This document shows, in pieces, positions 60,220 through 64,000 of a DNA stretch of 64,000 bases. The DNA is from an uncultured Poribacteria bacterium (GTDB lineage Bacteria > Poribacteria > WGA-4E > WGA-3G), in NCBI GenBank assembly GCA_958296135.2, contig CATQHZ020000001.1:3712001-3776000 (forward strand). Reading direction: 5' to 3'. Every line of letters begins with the position of its first letter. The stretch's first letter is position 1. Under the pieces are notes generated by a model. It was not told the origin of the DNA. It saw only the letters and a program-made list of their open reading frames with translations, and did not search any database. A program made the translations under genes and the position numbers.

Positions 60220-60520
60220 ACGTAGGGCGGCCGCTCGTCCATGTCTGTCGCCAGGCATCGAAATCGCTACCCCCTCACCGTAGCGCGAGAGCCTGTCCCA
60301 CCGATTGGGGCGGCAATAAGCGCGCCCTCCCTGCTCAATACTCCCGGTAGGAGAGACCTCCCGCGTCTCGATGCTCCCCGGTAGTCGCGCCCTCCCTGCC
60401 TCGATGCGCCCCGGTAGGAGAGACCTCCTGGTCTCGATGCTTCACCGTAGGACGCGGTCTTGTCCCTCGTCATGCATCGACCTTCCCTTTCACCCTCATG
60501 CGAGGCCCCTCGCCATGCCG
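60220..60520. repeat. Intergenic REP cluster (families A and B)
   Basis: Multiple GTAG-headed palindromes. Confidence 0.8.
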
Positions 60521-60787
60521 CGGTCGTCCCAGGAAACGTCCGTGATGCCGGGTCGCCGACAGTTTCATTACGGTTTTCGTCTGTCTGAATCAGGATGGAC
60601 AAGATGATAGGGCCTTGCAGCATAAAAATGGCTTGACCTGTAACCGCAAGATGTGTTAACATCTCCATGAAGGCTATAGACATGCCGCCGCGCCGCGCGT
60701 CTGTTGCTTCTTGTTTGAAGGTGTCTATCTAAAAGAAACTCAGTCTGAGTCTTGCGTTGACGCAGACTTCATGAGGAGGATAAGTTT

Positions 60788-62668
60788 ATGAAAAAACGAA
60801 CGTTCGTTTGTTTCTTGATTTTCACATTGTGTGTTTTTCACAGTTCGCTGCCAGGGCCTGTTTTTGGACAGGATGCCTCACTCGCCAAACAGGTGCTGGA
60901 AAAATACCGCGCGACGCTCACGCGGGAGGACATTCAAGCAGTGCTGCCGGACGTCTTGAAGGGGCTGAAAGCCCCCAACATTCAAAACCTACTGACTCCA
61001 GCTATCATCAAGGCCGCTGCTGCGAATCCAGAGCTCCTAGCCTTTGTGGGAGTTGAGCAGCCTTTCATCGACTTACTGAAAACGGATGCCGAACTCCAAG
61101 TGATGTTCAACGATGCGCAAGTGCAGACGTTGCTGCAGGATCCTGCCGCAATTGACGAACTCGCCGCTGCGTTGAACGTAGGGGAGCCGCCAGTTGCCAT
61201 GCCTTCGCTCGCTGAACAGGTGTTTGCAAAGTATCGCGCGACGCTGCAGCGAGCCGATATTCAAGCGGTGCTGCCGGATGTCTTGAGGGGGCTGAAAGCC
61301 CCCAACATTCAAAACCTACTGACTCCAGCCATCATCAAGGCCGCTGCTGCGAATCCAGAGCTCCTAGCCTTTGCGGGAGTCGAGCAGCCTTTCATCGACT
61401 TGCTGAAAACGGATGCCGAACTCCAAGTGATGTTCAACGATGCGCAAGTGCAGGCACTGCTGCAGGATCCTGCCGCAATTGACGAACTCGCAGCGTTACT
61501 CAACGTTGGAGAACCGCCGCTAGTAGTTCCACGAGTGGAACCACCGGTAGTCGTCGAACCGCCGGCACAGCCACTGTATTGGATAAATACGAGGAACCGC
61601 AGACTCTATCGGATCGCCGGTAGCACTGTCAAAAACATTGTGCCGAGCGTCCAAAACGCAACCAGCATCACCGTGGATGCAGTACGGAGTAAGGTGTACT
61701 GGACAGAAAAGACTGGCGCGCAACGCGGCAGAATTCGTCGCGCGAACCTCAACGGTTCCAATGTTGAATTGGTGAAGGCCTTAACCAGCGTGCCGCGCGA
61801 CTTGGCGATTGACTCGGCAGGCAGCAAACTCTATCTAACGAACGCCTGGGGCAAAATTCAACGTCTCAACTTCAACGGGACCGCCTTCCAGCCCAACCTC
61901 ATCACCGGGTTAGAGTCGCCACAGCACCTCGCCCTGGACGTTGCAGGCGGCAAAGTCTACTGGACAGAGCCGGATAGCCTGTGGCGCGCGAACCTCAACG
62001 GCAAAAACAGAGAAAAACTCATCGCCGATTTAGGAGAGATAGGCAGCATCGCAGTCGCGGGAAACAAGGTTTACTGGACAGAAAAGAATAAGGTTGGCGG
62101 CAAAAGGGGCACTATTCGGCGTGCCGCCCTTAACGGTTCAAATGTCCAGACCCTCGCCACGTTATGGAGCATCCCGATTGGGATTACGGTGGATAGGGTG
62201 GGGCATCATCTCTATTGGACAAATTCCAATGGGCGGATCCAACGTGCGACCCTGGCGGGACAGCATCTCCAAAATCTGGTCACCGGTTTGGGCATGCCTG
62301 CCGACATCGCGTTAGGTATCGCGCCAAGTGCTGCAGCTGTTGCCGCCGCGCCTGCCCCCGTGGCGGTGTTGCCCAATACGACTGTCCTCCTTGCTAACTA
62401 TCCAAACCCGTTTAATCCGGAGACATGGCTCCCCTATCAATTAGCGGTGCCAGCGGAAGTCACAGTGACGATTTATGCAGCGAACGGTGCAGTAGTGAGA
62501 ACCCTATCTTTGGGGCATCAGTCTGCCGGGCACTATGAGAGCAAGTCTCGTGCAGCGTATTGGGATGGCCGCAATGCACAAGGAGAACCTGTTGCGAGCG
62601 GTGTCTATTTCTATACCCTGCAGGCGGGAGATTTCACGGCGACGCAGAAAATGGTGATTCGGCAGTAG
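60788..62668 (+). CDS. Secreted protein: duplicated helical domain, YWTD/LDL-receptor class B propeller, FlgD-Ig/T9SS-like C-terminal domain
   Basis: Signal peptide; two ~110-aa near-identical repeats; KVYWTE..IRRANLNG repeats; NYPNPFNPETW...YWDGRN..GEPVASGVYFY. Confidence 0.88.
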   Translation: MKKRTFVCFLIFTLCVFHSSLPGPVFGQDASLAKQVLEKYRATLTREDIQAVLPDVLKGLKAPNIQNLLTPAIIKAAAANPELLAFVGVEQPFIDLLKTDAELQVMFNDAQVQTLLQDPAAIDELAAALNVGEPPVAMPSLAEQVFAKYRATLQRADIQAVLPDVLRGLKAPNIQNLLTPAIIKAAAANPELLAFAGVEQPFIDLLKTDAELQVMFNDAQVQALLQDPAAIDELAALLNVGEPPLVVPRVEPPVVVEPPAQPLYWINTRNRRLYRIAGSTVKNIVPSVQNATSITVDAVRSKVYWTEKTGAQRGRIRRANLNGSNVELVKALTSVPRDLAIDSAGSKLYLTNAWGKIQRLNFNGTAFQPNLITGLESPQHLALDVAGGKVYWTEPDSLWRANLNGKNREKLIADLGEIGSIAVAGNKVYWTEKNKVGGKRGTIRRAALNGSNVQTLATLWSIPIGITVDRVGHHLYWTNSNGRIQRATLAGQHLQNLVTGLGMPADIALGIAPSAAAVAAAPAPVAVLPNTTVLLANYPNPFNPETWLPYQLAVPAEVTVTIYAANGAVVRTLSLGHQSAGHYESKSRAAYWDGRNAQGEPVASGVYFYTLQAGDFTATQKMVIRQ

Positions 62669-63015
62669 GAGAGACCTCTGGTCTCGATGCCTTGTAGGCG
62701 CGCCCTCCCGCGTCTCGATGCCCGGTAGGAGAGACCTCCTGGTCTCGATGCCTTGTAGGCGCGCCCTCCCGCGTCTCGATGCCCGGTAGGAGAGACCTCC
62801 TGGTCTCGATTCTTCCCCGTAGGGCGAGGGCCGTCACACCGAATCGGAACGGAAAACGGCCGCAGCCGATTTTCTCCTCGTTGAAAGACCGCGGGGGACA
62901 GGCCCCCGCGCTACGGGAGAAACGGTATTTTTCATTGTGATTGAGGGATAGCCCCCGCGCTACGGGAGAAAGGAAGGAATCGCCGCGCCAAACGTAGGGC
63001 GAGGGCCCGGGGCGG
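62665..63015. repeat. REP cluster (families A and B) with ~61-nt tandem units
   Basis: GTAGGAGAGACCTCCTGGTCTCGATG alternating with GTAGGCGCGCCCTCCCGCGTCTCGATG. Confidence 0.88.
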
Positions 63016-63036
63016 CCGCCGGGCTGTTAAAAAACG

Positions 63037-63066
63037 TTGACATCACACGCAACACGCTGCTATACT
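63037..63066 (+). promoter_or_regulatory. sigma70-type promoter giving a near-leaderless mRNA
   Basis: TTGACA-18 nt-TATACT; ATG 9 nt after the -10 box; no SD sequence. Confidence 0.6.
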
Positions 63067-63075
63067 TTAACTATC

Positions 63076-63975
63076 ATGCAAAATGCATTAGACCAGTTTT
63101 ACACGAAAAAAGAGATTGCGGACACCTGTTGGAAGCATTTTAACGAAGTTCTTCCGCGCTTACAGCGCGCGCCTACCGATGTAAAAAACAATCTGTTCTT
63201 CATAGAACCCTCAGCAGGGACCGGCGCGTTCTATAACCTCTTGCCGCCGCAACGCAGGTTAGGCACGGATATTGAGCCGAAATGCGATGGCGTGATAGCA
63301 CAAGACTTTTTTAAACTATCGGGCGGATATGGACATCTGTCCTTACTAAATGAGCCTAGCGAAACTGTCATCATCGGAAATCCGCCGTTTGGCAAACGCG
63401 GGAAATTGGCGATAGCCTTCTTCAATCACGCCGCCTATTTGGCAGACACCGTCGCCTTCATCGTGCCAGTGAATTTCCGGAAGTGGACGGTGCATAAGCA
63501 GCTCAACTCCAGCATGCAGTTCATCAGCAAATTGGCTCTGCCGAGGGAGGCGTTCTTACTCGGCAACGGCAAACCTTACGCGGTTAACACAGAGTTTCAG
63601 ATATGGACTCGGTGGGAAGCCCCCGGATATCCAGACATGCGGCTCTACCAACCGTTGCCTATCTCGCACCCCGATTTTCAGATGTGGCAGTATAACAACA
63701 CGCCTGCCGCACTGAAAGTCTTCCGAAACAACTTTGACTTCGCCGTGCCGTGCCAAGGCTGGCAAGATTACTCACGCAAGGAGACTGAGGAAAATCGATG
63801 CGAACGGAACAAGCAGTGGATATTGCTGAAGGCGAAAAATCCAAACGTCCTAGCGCGGCTCCTGCGCATCGATTATGAACGTCTCGCACGAGAGTGCGCC
63901 ACCGCTGTCCCCGGCTTCCGCAAGGGAGATCTGGTGCAGGCATATTCAGGAGAAAAAACGCCCCAGGCCCCGTAG
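63076..63975 (+). CDS. Orphan amino-DNA methyltransferase
   Basis: DQFYT, IEPSAGTGAF, IIGNPPFG motifs. Confidence 0.82.
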   Translation: MQNALDQFYTKKEIADTCWKHFNEVLPRLQRAPTDVKNNLFFIEPSAGTGAFYNLLPPQRRLGTDIEPKCDGVIAQDFFKLSGGYGHLSLLNEPSETVIIGNPPFGKRGKLAIAFFNHAAYLADTVAFIVPVNFRKWTVHKQLNSSMQFISKLALPREAFLLGNGKPYAVNTEFQIWTRWEAPGYPDMRLYQPLPISHPDFQMWQYNNTPAALKVFRNNFDFAVPCQGWQDYSRKETEENRCERNKQWILLKAKNPNVLARLLRIDYERLARECATAVPGFRKGDLVQAYSGEKTPQAP

Positions 63976-64000
63976 CGCGAGGGAAAACCCGGCGAGCGCG

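Noticed and set aside
1-64000. tRNA, rRNA, integrase, reverse transcriptase or prophage genes
   Set aside because: None recognised in the sequence or in the ORF track.

Overview
A 64-kb, moderately GC-rich bacterial window. The gene styles (a YWTD/LDL-B plus FlgD-like-CTD secreted protein, a cadherin/FN3/lamin-tail giant protein, several Gfo/Idh/MocA and PhyH enzymes, dense GTAG palindromes) suggest a Candidatus Poribacteria-like sponge symbiont; this is inference only. Main contents: (1) a defence-like island at 0.7-5.5 kb (Mod-type DNA MTase, STAS-like gene, truncated PIN, AAA ATPase plus putative nuclease); (2) housekeeping and metabolic genes (rsmI, purN, cysteine desulfurase, acyl-CoA synthetase, an ECF sigma/anti-sigma/VWA operon); (3) two IS607-family elements, one with a nonsense-broken tnpA and intact tnpB, one tnpB-only and frameshifted; (4) a ~2000-aa repeat adhesin whose signal peptide is cut off from its ATG by a poly-C(10) tract; (5) a RAYT transposase and several GTAG REP families; (6) an ATP-grasp/alpha-E/transglutaminase cluster interrupted by an ISP-like R-M gene and an IS607. 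Most notable are two candidate homopolymer phase-variation switches on surface-protein genes (one apparently acting through a translationally coupled leader ORF) and a REP/RAYT system that appears to copy a promoter, flank a gene cassette, supply stop codons and insert in frame into proteins. All calls come from motif recognition by eye; no database searches were run.
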